Counted from the stretch's first letter, positions 1 through 8,289 are shown. The stretch: 29,585 nt of DNA from a virus (IMGVR_UViG_3300020363_000067:1-29585); one strand, 5' to 3'. Notes: generated by a model from the letters alone, not told the origin. Numbers and translations: made by a program.

Positions 1-357
1 AAAAAAACACTTGAAATAATAAAACACTTTAATCCTAAATATTATTATATAGAAAACCCACGTGGTAAATTAAGAAAGTTGGAAGTGATGAAAGGCATTC
101 CCAGAACATCAGTTTGGTATTGCAAATATAATGACACAAGAGCAAAACCAACAGACATTTGGTCAAACAACATCAGAAGTTTATTCAATCCAGATGGTTG
201 GAATCCAAGACCACAATGTTTTAATGATAATGCAAAATGTCATCATGAATCTGCACCACGTGGAAGCAAAGGGGGAACACAAGGTTTAAAAGACAATTAT
301 GAAAGAAGTAAAATCCCCAAAGAATTAATTATTGAAATATTAACATCATCAACATGA
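1..357 (+). CDS. DNA cytosine-C5 methyltransferase, C-terminal part (5' truncated by window)
   Basis: Frame 1 is open from base 1: KKTLEIIKHFNPKYYIIENPRGKLRKL...YCKY...KPTDIW...CHHESAPRGSKGGTQG...RSKIP. IIENP resembles motif VI (ENV) of C5-MTases, and KPT.IW and RS.IP are typical of the short phage Dcm-like family. The catalytic PC motif would lie upstream of the window. Confidence 0.7.
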   Translation, partial: KKTLEIIKHFNPKYYYIENPRGKLRKLEVMKGIPRTSVWYCKYNDTRAKPTDIWSNNIRSLFNPDGWNPRPQCFNDNAKCHHESAPRGSKGGTQGLKDNYERSKIPKELIIEILTSST

Positions 358-503
358 ATATAAAACTTGGAAACATTGTGTATTATTTTACAAAATTTAC
401 AGGCATTAGATGGATTTGGAAAAAAATATATCCTAATTGCAATTGTGACAAAAGAAGGGAAGAATGGAATCAAATAAAATTTAATAGAAATGGAAGAACT
501 TGA
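354..503 (+). CDS. small hypothetical protein (49 aa, LGNIV...TGI...CNCDKRREEWN)
   Basis: Not in the ORF track; translated by hand. ATG overlaps the MTase TGA (ATGA). Contains a CxC motif. Confidence 0.7.
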   Translation: MNIKLGNIVYYFTKFTGIRWIWKKIYPNCNCDKRREEWNQIKFNRNGRT

Positions 504-702
504 CAAAATAGATTGGGAAAAGTTTCGTGCAGGAACATCCAACAAATTAAAACATGAAGAAGTGGTTCTAATTGCTGAATTACATGCAAAATATTTTAAA
601 CATAAATACAAAGTTCCTTGCAGTTGTTCACCCAAAAGAATTCAAGAATGGATTAGACAATTAAATGACATATATGATGAAGGAATTAAAAACAACACAT
701 AA
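490..702 (+). CDS. hypothetical protein with CSC motif
   Basis: 70 aa ORF overlapping both neighbours, with genome-typical codon usage. Confidence 0.7.
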   Translation: MEELDKIDWEKFRAGTSNKLKHEEVVLIAELHAKYFKHKYKVPCSCSPKRIQEWIRQLNDIYDEGIKNNT

Positions 703-1099
703 ATTTGAAAAGGCAGTTGTAATGTTCTTAAATGCATTTGATGAATGGAAACTTGAACACACAGGGGTTCACAATGAATTATATGATGCAGAAGGATTGA
801 CGCCCAAAGGAAGAAAATGTGTGATTGAAATGAAATTTAGAAAAAAATATTATGACACTAAAATGATTGAAGTGGCAAAGTTTGATGAATTAATGGCATT
901 AGACAAAGACATTGTAAAGATATTTTTTGTAAGTGATCCAAAAGGAACATATATGTTTTGGTTAGATGGAATAAAAGATTTTAAAAAAATAAAAAAGTAT
1001 TGTCCCAACACAACATATTGGAATGCCAGAAAAAAAAGAAAAGAAGTTTATCTTCTTCCAGAATCTGTTGCAAGTTATATTTATTTAAAAAGTGATTAA
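665..1099 (+). CDS. PD-(D/E)XK restriction-endonuclease-like nuclease
   Basis: YDA...VIEMKFR fits the D...EXK catalytic signature. The true start may be one of the downstream Mets (674/677). Confidence 0.6.
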   Translation: MTYMMKELKTTHKFEKAVVMFLNAFDEWKLEHTGVHNELYDAEGLTPKGRKCVIEMKFRKKYYDTKMIEVAKFDELMALDKDIVKIFFVSDPKGTYMFWLDGIKDFKKIKKYCPNTTYWNARKKRKEVYLLPESVASYIYLKSD

Positions 1100-1105
1100 T
1101 TAACA

Positions 1106-1137
1106 TTTGTTAATATAATTTAATTTATATATATTTA
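1106..1137 (+). promoter_or_regulatory. host-type (Bacteroidota housekeeping sigma) early promoter
   Basis: TTTG(1106-1109)-N20-TATATTTA(1130-1137) in an intergenic gap; consensus is TTTG-N19-21-TAnnTTTG. Confidence 0.55.
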
Positions 1138-1174
1138 TCATTCAAAAAATAATTATTAATTAAAACAATTTATT

Positions 1175-1339
1175 ATGCCAAGTCCAAACAAAGTCACAAA
1201 AAAAGAATGTATTGAAGCAATTGAATATTTTCATGTTGCAGGATACATTGAAAATTTATCTGGTGATGCAGAATTTTATTTGAAACCATTATTAAAAAAA
1301 GTTGCAAATAATTATAATTTATATTTAAAAGGTTTATAA
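1175..1339 (+). CDS. small hypothetical protein (54 aa)
   Basis: Hand-translated MPSPNKVTKKECIEAIEYFH...LKGL*. Leader AAAACAATTTATTATG; fills the gap up to the next ATG at 1341. Confidence 0.7.
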   Translation: MPSPNKVTKKECIEAIEYFHVAGYIENLSGDAEFYLKPLLKKVANNYNLYLKGL

Positions 1340-1340
1340 A

Positions 1341-1592
1341 ATGCCACGTTACAGATTTCAAATACAATTGGATGTTTATGCAGAAAATGACAATGATGCA
1401 TTTAAACAAATAAAAGAAAACATTAGTGCATTAAACAACACTTATAATGAACATATATTTTGGGGTGCAGAATGTCCATTTGCATCATACAACCAAAGGG
1501 AATTGGACACAGAACATCTTGACAATGTTCATAGGTTAAAAAATGACATGTGTGATGTTGATGGTTCACAAAATGATTTTGATTTTTTTTAG
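1341..1592 (+). CDS. hypothetical protein
   Basis: 83 aa ORF tightly packed in the operon; acidic C-terminus. Confidence 0.7.
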   Translation: MPRYRFQIQLDVYAENDNDAFKQIKENISALNNTYNEHIFWGAECPFASYNQRELDTEHLDNVHRLKNDMCDVDGSQNDFDFF

Positions 1593-1595
1593 CAT

Positions 1596-1907
1596 ATGTT
1601 TAAAGGGAAAATTCAAAACATGAAGGATTTGGAATTTTATTCTGCATTCACAATGGCATCATCAATTGTCAATAAATGGATAAAAGCAAAACCAGACAAT
1701 CAAGAATTAAAAAATTTGTCACAATCACTTGTTGACATTTTTTTTTGGTCAAACAATATGGAACAAGAACTGCGACTTCATCAACAAGCATTAAATGAAT
1801 ATAGAAATGAAAAAAATAATGCAATATTAAGGTCAAGAAAAGCAGAAAAAAAACTTGAAGCAATGAAAAAGGAAATGGATAAATTGAAAAAATTGACAAA
1901 TTTATGA
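1596..1907 (+). CDS. hypothetical coiled-coil protein
   Basis: 103 aa with a heptad-like, charged C-terminal half; ATGA overlap with the next gene. Confidence 0.7.
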   Translation: MFKGKIQNMKDLEFYSAFTMASSIVNKWIKAKPDNQELKNLSQSLVDIFFWSNNMEQELRLHQQALNEYRNEKNNAILRSRKAEKKLEAMKKEMDKLKKLTNL

Positions 1908-2395
1908 AGAAGACCACAGGAATGTTTTATTATCCACCACTGATAAATGAACAAGCACTTTATGTTGGGGGATTAAGGGACACAAACAATCAATATCTTT
2001 CACAAGTATGTCCAGAAATGGCAAGACCAAACATGCAGGTTGACCAATTAGGATGCAAGTGTGAAATGATTGCACAATATTTTTTTTGGTCACACAAATA
2101 TAAATATGATGCAGGGCAAATGTTGGGTGGAAGACCTGTCCAAGATTATGACATTAAAGTGAATGAAATGAAGATTGATGTGAAAGGGTTGTGGTCACAT
2201 GGATTTCAAGCAAGGGTGAATTATAAAGCACACAACAAAGACAAAAATGTTTCACACTATATGTTTATAAGACCAGAATCAGATGGTTTGTTTAATGACA
2301 TGGCGCAATGGTGGTTGTTTTCACATGAAGATGTTCACCAATGGGAAGTGAAAAAATTAAAATTTACAAAGGCATATATAAAACAATTAACATGA
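1904..2395 (+). CDS. putative PD-(D/E)XK-fold nuclease
   Basis: G..CE helix followed by DYDI...IDVKG, matching an E...D...DXK active-site pattern. Confidence 0.5.
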   Translation: MKKTTGMFYYPPLINEQALYVGGLRDTNNQYLSQVCPEMARPNMQVDQLGCKCEMIAQYFFWSHKYKYDAGQMLGGRPVQDYDIKVNEMKIDVKGLWSHGFQARVNYKAHNKDKNVSHYMFIRPESDGLFNDMAQWWLFSHEDVHQWEVKKLKFTKAYIKQLT

Positions 2396-2517
2396 AGAAA
2401 AAAAGAACATTTAAAGCACCAAACAAACCTGTGAAATTTATAAAATGTGATGAATTTTCACAAACTTATAATTGGCAAAAAACAAACAAAGGATTAAAAA
2501 CAAGAAGAACAAAATGA
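2392..2517 (+). CDS. small basic protein (41 aa)
   Basis: Hand-translated MKKKRTFKAPNKPVKFIKCD...; ATGA overlaps at both ends. Confidence 0.55.
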   Translation: MKKKRTFKAPNKPVKFIKCDEFSQTYNWQKTNKGLKTRRTK

Positions 2518-3317
2518 AAGATATTACACTATTAAACAAACAGACATATTTAAAAAAGACATTATTGGGAAGAATGGCAAATGATTCCTTTTATTATGGT
2601 GAATTAAATAAAATTGCATTATCATCAAGCAGTTTAAAATTATTATTGGAATCACCTAAAAAATATTATTATGTTACAAAGTATGGAAACAATGAAGAAA
2701 CTCAACCATTAAGGGATGGATTCCTTCTGCACACTTTGGTTCTTGAACCCCAAAAATTTGATGAATTGCATTTTGTTGATGTGGCATCCAAGAACACAAA
2801 AAAATATAAAGAAGCAAAAGAAGAATTTGGAAAAGTGTACACATCCAAAGAAAAAAAAGATGCTGAAAGATTAGCAGATGCACTTTTGAGAAATGAAAAA
2901 GCATTGCAATTAATTGGTGATGCACAACATGAAGTTCCTGCAATTGGTATGGTTCAAGGTTTTCCATTTAGGGGGAAGGCCGATATATTGGGAAAAAACA
3001 GAATTTGTGATTTGAAAACTTGTAGTGACATCAAAAATTTTAAATGGTCTGCAAAAAAATATGGATATGACATTCAAACATATCTTTATTGTGAACTGTT
3101 TGATGTGCATTGGTTGGACATGTCATTTCTGGTTTTGGACAAAGGATCACTTGATGTCGGAGTGTTTGAAATATCAGAAGAATTTTTTGAAGCAGGTAAA
3201 CAAAAGGTGACACAAGCAATCAATATTTATAAAGAATATTTTGAAAACAAAGACATAATGAATGATGATTTTTCAGATGTCCTTGATAATTATTACATTA
3301 CAGAAAAATTGAAATAA
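2514..3317 (+). CDS. RecE/exonuclease VIII-like PD-(D/E)XK exonuclease (DUF3799-like)
   Basis: LSSSSLK..L.SP..Y, G...H.LVLEP, RGKAD..., DLKT and Y..Q..LY motifs. ATG 2514 overlapping the upstream TGA is preferred to the TTG at 2472. Confidence 0.8.
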   Translation: MKDITLLNKQTYLKKTLLGRMANDSFYYGELNKIALSSSSLKLLLESPKKYYYVTKYGNNEETQPLRDGFLLHTLVLEPQKFDELHFVDVASKNTKKYKEAKEEFGKVYTSKEKKDAERLADALLRNEKALQLIGDAQHEVPAIGMVQGFPFRGKADILGKNRICDLKTCSDIKNFKWSAKKYGYDIQTYLYCELFDVHWLDMSFLVLDKGSLDVGVFEISEEFFEAGKQKVTQAINIYKEYFENKDIMNDDFSDVLDNYYITEKLK

Positions 3318-3779
3318 ATGAATTTAAAAGATAATTTTTTGTTAAGGGTTCAAGAAATAACAAACACTAATCCATTAAGCAAAAAAAGAAACAGACACAT
3401 TGTTGAAGTTAGGGGATTGTTGATTTATCTTCTGCATTCCATTTTGGGAATGGGTTGTTCTGCAATTAGGGATTATTTGTTTACCAAAGGATTTAAAACA
3501 CATCATGCCACAATTCTTCATGCAATAAAAAATTGGGAAATATATTCAAAATATAATCCACAATTAATGTCTTGGTGCAATGAAATTTTAATTACATCTG
3601 ATTTTGCCACTGATGAAATTAAACAGGAATATATAAAAGATAAATTGCAATATCTTCCAGAAACAGATTTGCAAAATATTTATATAAAAACACAAGAACA
3701 TTATGACACACATATTCAAAAAATGTGTTTAGAACAAGAAACAAAGTTTATTGAAAACCAATCAACAGATAATTCATAA
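3318..3779 (+). CDS. DnaA C-terminal (domain IV)-like HTH DNA-binding protein
   Basis: KKRNRHIVEVRGLLIYLL...AIRDYL...HHATILHAIK parallels DnaA domain IV (R...IV.ARQIAMYL...DHTTVLHA). No AAA+ domain present. Confidence 0.7.
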   Translation: MNLKDNFLLRVQEITNTNPLSKKRNRHIVEVRGLLIYLLHSILGMGCSAIRDYLFTKGFKTHHATILHAIKNWEIYSKYNPQLMSWCNEILITSDFATDEIKQEYIKDKLQYLPETDLQNIYIKTQEHYDTHIQKMCLEQETKFIENQSTDNS

Positions 3780-3787
3780 AAAAATTT

Positions 3788-3796
3788 TCGTTATAT
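3788..3796 (+). promoter_or_regulatory. putative phage late promoter element TCGTTATAT (copy 1)
   Basis: Exact 9-mer shared with 8317, 16002, 17564 and 20020, all intergenic; 4 nt before ATG 3801. Confidence 0.65.
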
Positions 3797-3800
3797 CAAT

Positions 3801-4574
3801 ATGGAAACCTTCATTGTAAATATAGAATCAATAAAAGTCAACCCAAACAATCCAAGATTAATCAAGGATGCAAAGTTTAAAAAACTAATTAAAAGCATCC
3901 AAGAATTTCCAGAAATGATGCAATTAAGAAGTATTATTGTTGATGATGACAATGTGATTTTAGGTGGAAATATGCGATATCGTGCATGTGTGGAAGCAGG
4001 ACACAAACACATTCCAATTCAACAATACACAAAAGAATTTCATTTGACCACTGATGCATTTATTAACTACAACAAATCATATTTGGAAGTGTGTGATGAA
4101 ATAATCATAAAAGACAATTCATCATTTGGTGAATGGGATTGGGATATTCTTGCAAACAATTTTGAAGTTAAACAATTAGAAGAATGGTGTGTTCCTGTTC
4201 CAACAATAAAAAACACAGAATTATTGTCTGGATTAAAATATGAACCAATTTATTATGAACCAGATTCCATTCCAAATTTAGAATTAGGGGATTGTCTTGA
4301 CTTGACAAAATACAATGCAAAACTTTCTGCAATAGAACAATCCAATGTTTCAGAAGAACAAAAGGAAGTTTTAAAAATGTTTGCATATAGATTTATTAAA
4401 ATAGATTTTGAAAGCATTGCCAATTATTATCATTTTAATGCATCAGATGATGAACAGAAAATTATTGAAAGATTAAGAATGGTTGTCACTGATGATGGAA
4501 TTGATGGATTTATTGAAGATGACCTTTTAAAGATTTTAAACTTGTTTGAATTTAGCACAGAACAAGATGATTGA
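3801..4574 (+). CDS. ParB/Srx-like N-terminal domain fused to an uncharacterised C-terminal domain
   Basis: IKVNPNNPR...L.KSI.EF...IIVD...ILGGNMRYRAC...IIKDN..FGEWD is a phage ParB-like domain. A separate helical domain follows (PIYYEP...EEQKE.L...AYR...DFESIANYY...A). Confidence 0.8.
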   Translation: METFIVNIESIKVNPNNPRLIKDAKFKKLIKSIQEFPEMMQLRSIIVDDDNVILGGNMRYRACVEAGHKHIPIQQYTKEFHLTTDAFINYNKSYLEVCDEIIIKDNSSFGEWDWDILANNFEVKQLEEWCVPVPTIKNTELLSGLKYEPIYYEPDSIPNLELGDCLDLTKYNAKLSAIEQSNVSEEQKEVLKMFAYRFIKIDFESIANYYHFNASDDEQKIIERLRMVVTDDGIDGFIEDDLLKILNLFEFSTEQDD

Positions 4575-5472
4575 TATATTTATCCCTTCATATCACAGAC
4601 CAACAAATGTCAAAACTGCAAAATACTTTGTCAAAAATGGATATAATCCTAAACACATTCATGTGGTTCTGGATAATGCCACAGATGACATTGCAGAATA
4701 TGAACTTGAAATGAATAAACTTGGTTGTCAGATACACATCTTTGACATGCAAGAATCAATTAAAAATTATGACTATGTCCACAGAGCATATGAACACAGA
4801 AGGTCAACAGGTCAATGTATAAACATGATTTATGACATTGCAAAAGATCTTGACATTAATTTTTTTGTTGTGATGGATGATGACACCAATGGATTTGAAA
4901 AAAGACCATTCCAAGTTTATGATGGAATTGCAGATTTTGATGATGTAATAAACAAATTCAAAGCAATTAAAACACTAATGATAAAACACCACATTGGAAG
5001 TTTTGCATTATCACAGACAGGGGACATGTTTGCAAAATTCAACACCAAACTTTTAAGAAAAAAAACAATGAACACATCCTTTTATTTAATGCCTTATATA
5101 TATAAAGGAAGAAAGGGTGTTTTAGACAATGACACATCTGAATTTGTCAATATAATGAATGAAGGATTTTTTACAGGTTCATTTGCATCTGGAATTGTTT
5201 TAAAACAAACACCATCTGCACAGGCAAAGGGTGGATTAACAGACATATATAATCAAACAAAATTATTATCAAAGTCACTTGTGACACCAATTCAATTCCC
5301 TTCATGTATATATGCAGAAAAACAAACCAGAAATGGGGGAAGGTTGCACCACAAAATAAATTACAGGTATTTGTCACCTTATTTATTAAAAGGCAAAAGA
5401 AACAATTTAAAATGGGATGCATATCCAGAAGATTTTCCATTTACAAACACAGTTAAAAGAAATAAAAAATGA
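4567..5472 (+). CDS. GT-A fold glycosyltransferase, TET-associated glycosyltransferase (TAGT)-like
   Basis: N-terminal IFIPSYHRP strand, VMDDD (DxD) motif, MN.SFY, NDT, GGLTDIY and RLHHKINY blocks. ATG 4567 overlaps the end of the ParB gene. Confidence 0.75.
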   Translation: MIDIFIPSYHRPTNVKTAKYFVKNGYNPKHIHVVLDNATDDIAEYELEMNKLGCQIHIFDMQESIKNYDYVHRAYEHRRSTGQCINMIYDIAKDLDINFFVVMDDDTNGFEKRPFQVYDGIADFDDVINKFKAIKTLMIKHHIGSFALSQTGDMFAKFNTKLLRKKTMNTSFYLMPYIYKGRKGVLDNDTSEFVNIMNEGFFTGSFASGIVLKQTPSAQAKGGLTDIYNQTKLLSKSLVTPIQFPSCIYAEKQTRNGGRLHHKINYRYLSPYLLKGKRNNLKWDAYPEDFPFTNTVKRNKK

Positions 5473-5828
5473 ACAAAACCGAACACAGTAAAAAGGCACT
5501 ATTAAAAGCATTGGAATCATCACTTGGTGTTGTCACAAATGCATGTAAGAAAACAGGAATTGGAAGAACAACATATTATGATTGGTATAATTCAGACAAA
5601 GAATTTAAAAAGCAGGTTGATGATTTACAAAATGTTGCACTTGATTTTGCAGAATCTTCACTTCACAATCAAATAATAAATGGTTCTGTTCCTGCAACAA
5701 TCTTTTATTTAAAAACCAAAGGCAAAAAAAGGGGATATGTTGAAAGACAGGAATTGACAGGTATTGAAGGAACAAAATTGTTTGAAGTGGAAATTCTAAA
5801 AAATGACAAAGACAAAAATTCAAACTAA
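5469..5828 (+). CDS. terS: terminase small subunit (HTH)
   Basis: ALESSLGVVTNACKKTGIGRTTYYDW HTH and ATIFYLKTKGKKRGYVERQE; lies directly upstream of terL. Confidence 0.8.
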   Translation: MNKTEHSKKALLKALESSLGVVTNACKKTGIGRTTYYDWYNSDKEFKKQVDDLQNVALDFAESSLHNQIINGSVPATIFYLKTKGKKRGYVERQELTGIEGTKLFEVEILKNDKDKNSN

Positions 5829-6963
5829 TGTAATTTTTGAACACTTAAATCAAACAGATTCAAAGATTATAATTGAACAGGGTGGAACAAGGTCTGGGAA
5901 AACCTACAACATTTTAATGTGGATAATTTTTCAGTATTGTGAAACCAACACAGGCAAAACAATCACCATATGCAGAAAAACATTCCCTGCGTTAAGGGGG
6001 ACAGTGATGCGTGACTTTTTTGACATACTGCATAAACATCAACTTTATTATGAAGAATTAAGGTCAAGGTCAACAAATGAATATATAATAAATGGAAACA
6101 GGATTGAATTCATATCACTTTCAGAACCACAAAGGGTAAGGGGAAGAAAAAGGAATTTATTATTTATTAATGAATGCACAGAATTAACACTTGAAGATTG
6201 GCAACAGTTGTTGTTTAGAACATCAGAAAAAATTATTATTGATTACAATCCAAGTGAAGAATTTCATTGGATATATGAAAAAGTCATTACAAGGGATGAT
6301 GCCACATTTTTTCAAACTTCTTATGTGGATAATCCATTTCTGGAACATTCACTTATTGAAGAAATTGAAAGATTAAAAACCACAGATGAAAATTATTGGC
6401 GTGTTTATGGATTAGGTGAAAGGGGACAATCAAGGTCATTGGTCTTTCAGTTTACCACATGCCAAACAATTCCAGAAGGTGCAAAACTATTGTCAAGGGG
6501 GTTGGACTTTGGATTTTCAAATGACAGTTCTGCATTGGTGGAAACATATGTTCTGGACAATAAAATGTATGTGAATGAACTTCTTTACAGGACAGGAATG
6601 ACCAATCAAGATCTTGGAAGAAAATTTGCAGAATTAGGACTTGACAGAAGGGATGAAATATTTTGTGACAGTGCAGAACCAAAGTCCATTGAAGAACTTC
6701 ACAGAATGGGGTGGAACACAAAACCAACATACAAGGGTGCAATAAATATTGGCATTGACATGATTAGAAGATATGAATTAATTGCCACAGAAACATCATT
6801 GAACCTTATCAAAGAATTAAGAAATTATAAATACATTGAAGACAAAAATGGTCAATTGACAAACAAACCAATTGATGCCTTCAACCATTGTTGTGATGCA
6901 CTTCGTTACAGTATTGTCAATAAATTATCAAGACCAAATGCAGGGAAGTATTACATTAGATGA
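5803..6963 (+). CDS. terL: terminase large subunit (PBSX/SPP1-like family)
   Basis: Walker A QGGTRSGKT, Walker B LFINE, DYNP coupling motif, nuclease motifs GLDFG, DSAEP and NHCCDALRY. Confidence 0.95.
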   Translation: MTKTKIQTNVIFEHLNQTDSKIIIEQGGTRSGKTYNILMWIIFQYCETNTGKTITICRKTFPALRGTVMRDFFDILHKHQLYYEELRSRSTNEYIINGNRIEFISLSEPQRVRGRKRNLLFINECTELTLEDWQQLLFRTSEKIIIDYNPSEEFHWIYEKVITRDDATFFQTSYVDNPFLEHSLIEEIERLKTTDENYWRVYGLGERGQSRSLVFQFTTCQTIPEGAKLLSRGLDFGFSNDSSALVETYVLDNKMYVNELLYRTGMTNQDLGRKFAELGLDRRDEIFCDSAEPKSIEELHRMGWNTKPTYKGAINIGIDMIRRYELIATETSLNLIKELRNYKYIEDKNGQLTNKPIDAFNHCCDALRYSIVNKLSRPNAGKYYIR

Positions 6964-6995
6964 TTTGTTTTATTAACAATTGTTTATTATATTGC
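6964..6995 (+). promoter_or_regulatory. host-type early promoter for the ERF cassette
   Basis: TTTG(6964-6967)-N20-TATATTGC(6988-6995); the spacer contains the palindrome AACAATTGTT. Confidence 0.6.
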
Positions 6996-7024
6996 ATTAT
7001 ATTAATTTTTAAAAAACAATTTAT

Positions 7025-7183
7025 ATGGGATATTTAAGAACACAAAAGGATGATTTGCAGGATGAAATTAAAACCTTGACAAATGACCTTCACCTTGCAT
7101 TTTTATGCAAAGACACAACAAAGCAAAAAGAAATTTATGAAAAACTTTCAATTGCAGAATCAACACTTTTTAATATTAGATAA
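7025..7183 (+). CDS. small hypothetical protein (52 aa)
   Basis: Hand-translated MGYLRTQKDDLQDEIK...FNIR*. Leader AAAAAACAATTTATATG. Confidence 0.7.
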   Translation: MGYLRTQKDDLQDEIKTLTNDLHLAFLCKDTTKQKEIYEKLSIAESTLFNIR

Positions 7184-7185
7184 TC

Positions 7186-7773
7186 ATGGCAACAAAAAAA
7201 ACAACAGTAAAAAAGACAACACAAAAACAAATGAACATTTATGAAAAATTGTTTCATCTTCAACAAGAAATTGGTTCAATAAGTAAGGATGCAAAAAATC
7301 CTTTTTATAAATCTAAATATTTTGACATTAATTCTTTAATTGGTCAATTGAAACCACTTCTGGCAAAACACAAACTTTTATTAATGCAACCAATAAATGA
7401 CAACAAAGTTTATTCAGTCATTCATGATTTGGATGGTTCAAGTGTGACATCTTCAATGGAACTTCCTGTTGGTCTGGATGCACAGAAAATGGGAAGCGCA
7501 GTGACATATTTCAGAAGATACACATTACAATCATTGTTGGGATTACAGGCAGTTGATGATGATGGGAATCTTGCATCAACAACAAGACCACAAAAACCTG
7601 CATTGACAAAGTCAAACCCAAAGTTTCAAGGAATTCTTGAATGGGTTCAAAAAGGTGGAAGGGTTGACAAACTTCTGGACAGATATACAATTGAACCAGA
7701 ATTGTATTCAAGTTTGAAAAAGATGGAAGAAAATAAAACTAATCAAATAAATCAAAGCAATGCCAATTTATAA
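7186..7773 (+). CDS. erf: ERF-family ssDNA-annealing protein
   Basis: KDAKNPF.KSKY and the ERF signature QKMGSAVTYFRRYTLQSLLGL...DDDG. Confidence 0.92.
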   Translation: MATKKTTVKKTTQKQMNIYEKLFHLQQEIGSISKDAKNPFYKSKYFDINSLIGQLKPLLAKHKLLLMQPINDNKVYSVIHDLDGSSVTSSMELPVGLDAQKMGSAVTYFRRYTLQSLLGLQAVDDDGNLASTTRPQKPALTKSNPKFQGILEWVQKGGRVDKLLDRYTIEPELYSSLKKMEENKTNQINQSNANL

Positions 7774-7897
7774 TGAAATATTTGAAGCATATAGAATGGA
7801 ACAGGAACAAATAAACAGTGCAATCAAACTTTTAAGAAAAAAAGGATTCAGTGTTTACAAACTTAAAAAAGCACACAATGGGAAAAAGAAAAAGTGA
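7760..7897 (+). CDS. small hypothetical protein (45 aa)
   Basis: Hand-translated MPIYNEIFEAYRMEQEQINSAIKLLRKKGFSVY...; fills the gap between ERF and the next gene. Confidence 0.6.
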   Translation: MPIYNEIFEAYRMEQEQINSAIKLLRKKGFSVYKLKKAHNGKKKK

Positions 7898-8123
7898 TGA
7901 AAATTCTGTGACATATATTGGGGAAACATTTTCCCTGCACCAAAGTGATGGTGAATTGTATGTTGATTTTGAAAAGGAAGGTAAACCACACACATTGATT
8001 TTTGATATCACAAATTTGTTTAGGGATTTACCACATTGGATTTCTTTAATAAAAAAAGGAAATGATGACCAACAAAATTGGATTAATGAACAAATAAAAA
8101 AAGAAGCAAATGGAATGGTATGA
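7878..8123 (+). CDS. hypothetical protein
   Basis: ORF-track 7851-8123, with ATG 7878 preferred as start. Confidence 0.65.
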   Translation: MGKRKSDENSVTYIGETFSLHQSDGELYVDFEKEGKPHTLIFDITNLFRDLPHWISLIKKGNDDQQNWINEQIKKEANGMV

Positions 8124-8235
8124 TTATTTGAATCCACATGAACAACCAGAACATGAATGTGGTGTGTGTGGTAAACCAATGAATGAAGACAGGGGTGTTT
8201 GTTCAAATGCATGTTTTGAAGCAGATATGCGTTGA
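8110..8235 (+). CDS. small C4 zinc-finger protein (41 aa)
   Basis: Hand-translated MEWYDYLNPHEQPEHECGVCGKPMNEDRGVCSNACFEADMR*, with CxxC-x10-CSxxC. Confidence 0.7.
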   Translation: MEWYDYLNPHEQPEHECGVCGKPMNEDRGVCSNACFEADMR

Positions 8236-8257
8236 TTTAAGACACTTTTAATTAAAC

Positions 8258-8289
8258 AGGGATGACAGAAATGTTGTCCCTTTTTTTTT
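8258..8289 (+). terminator. intrinsic terminator
   Basis: AGGGATGACA-GAAA-TGTTGTCCCT stem-loop running into a T9 tract. Confidence 0.9.

Noticed and set aside
5918-6332. Two perfect DnaA boxes (TGTGGATAA at 5918 and 6324)
   Set aside because: Both lie inside terL coding sequence, 400 nt apart, with no adjacent unwinding element; plausible by chance.
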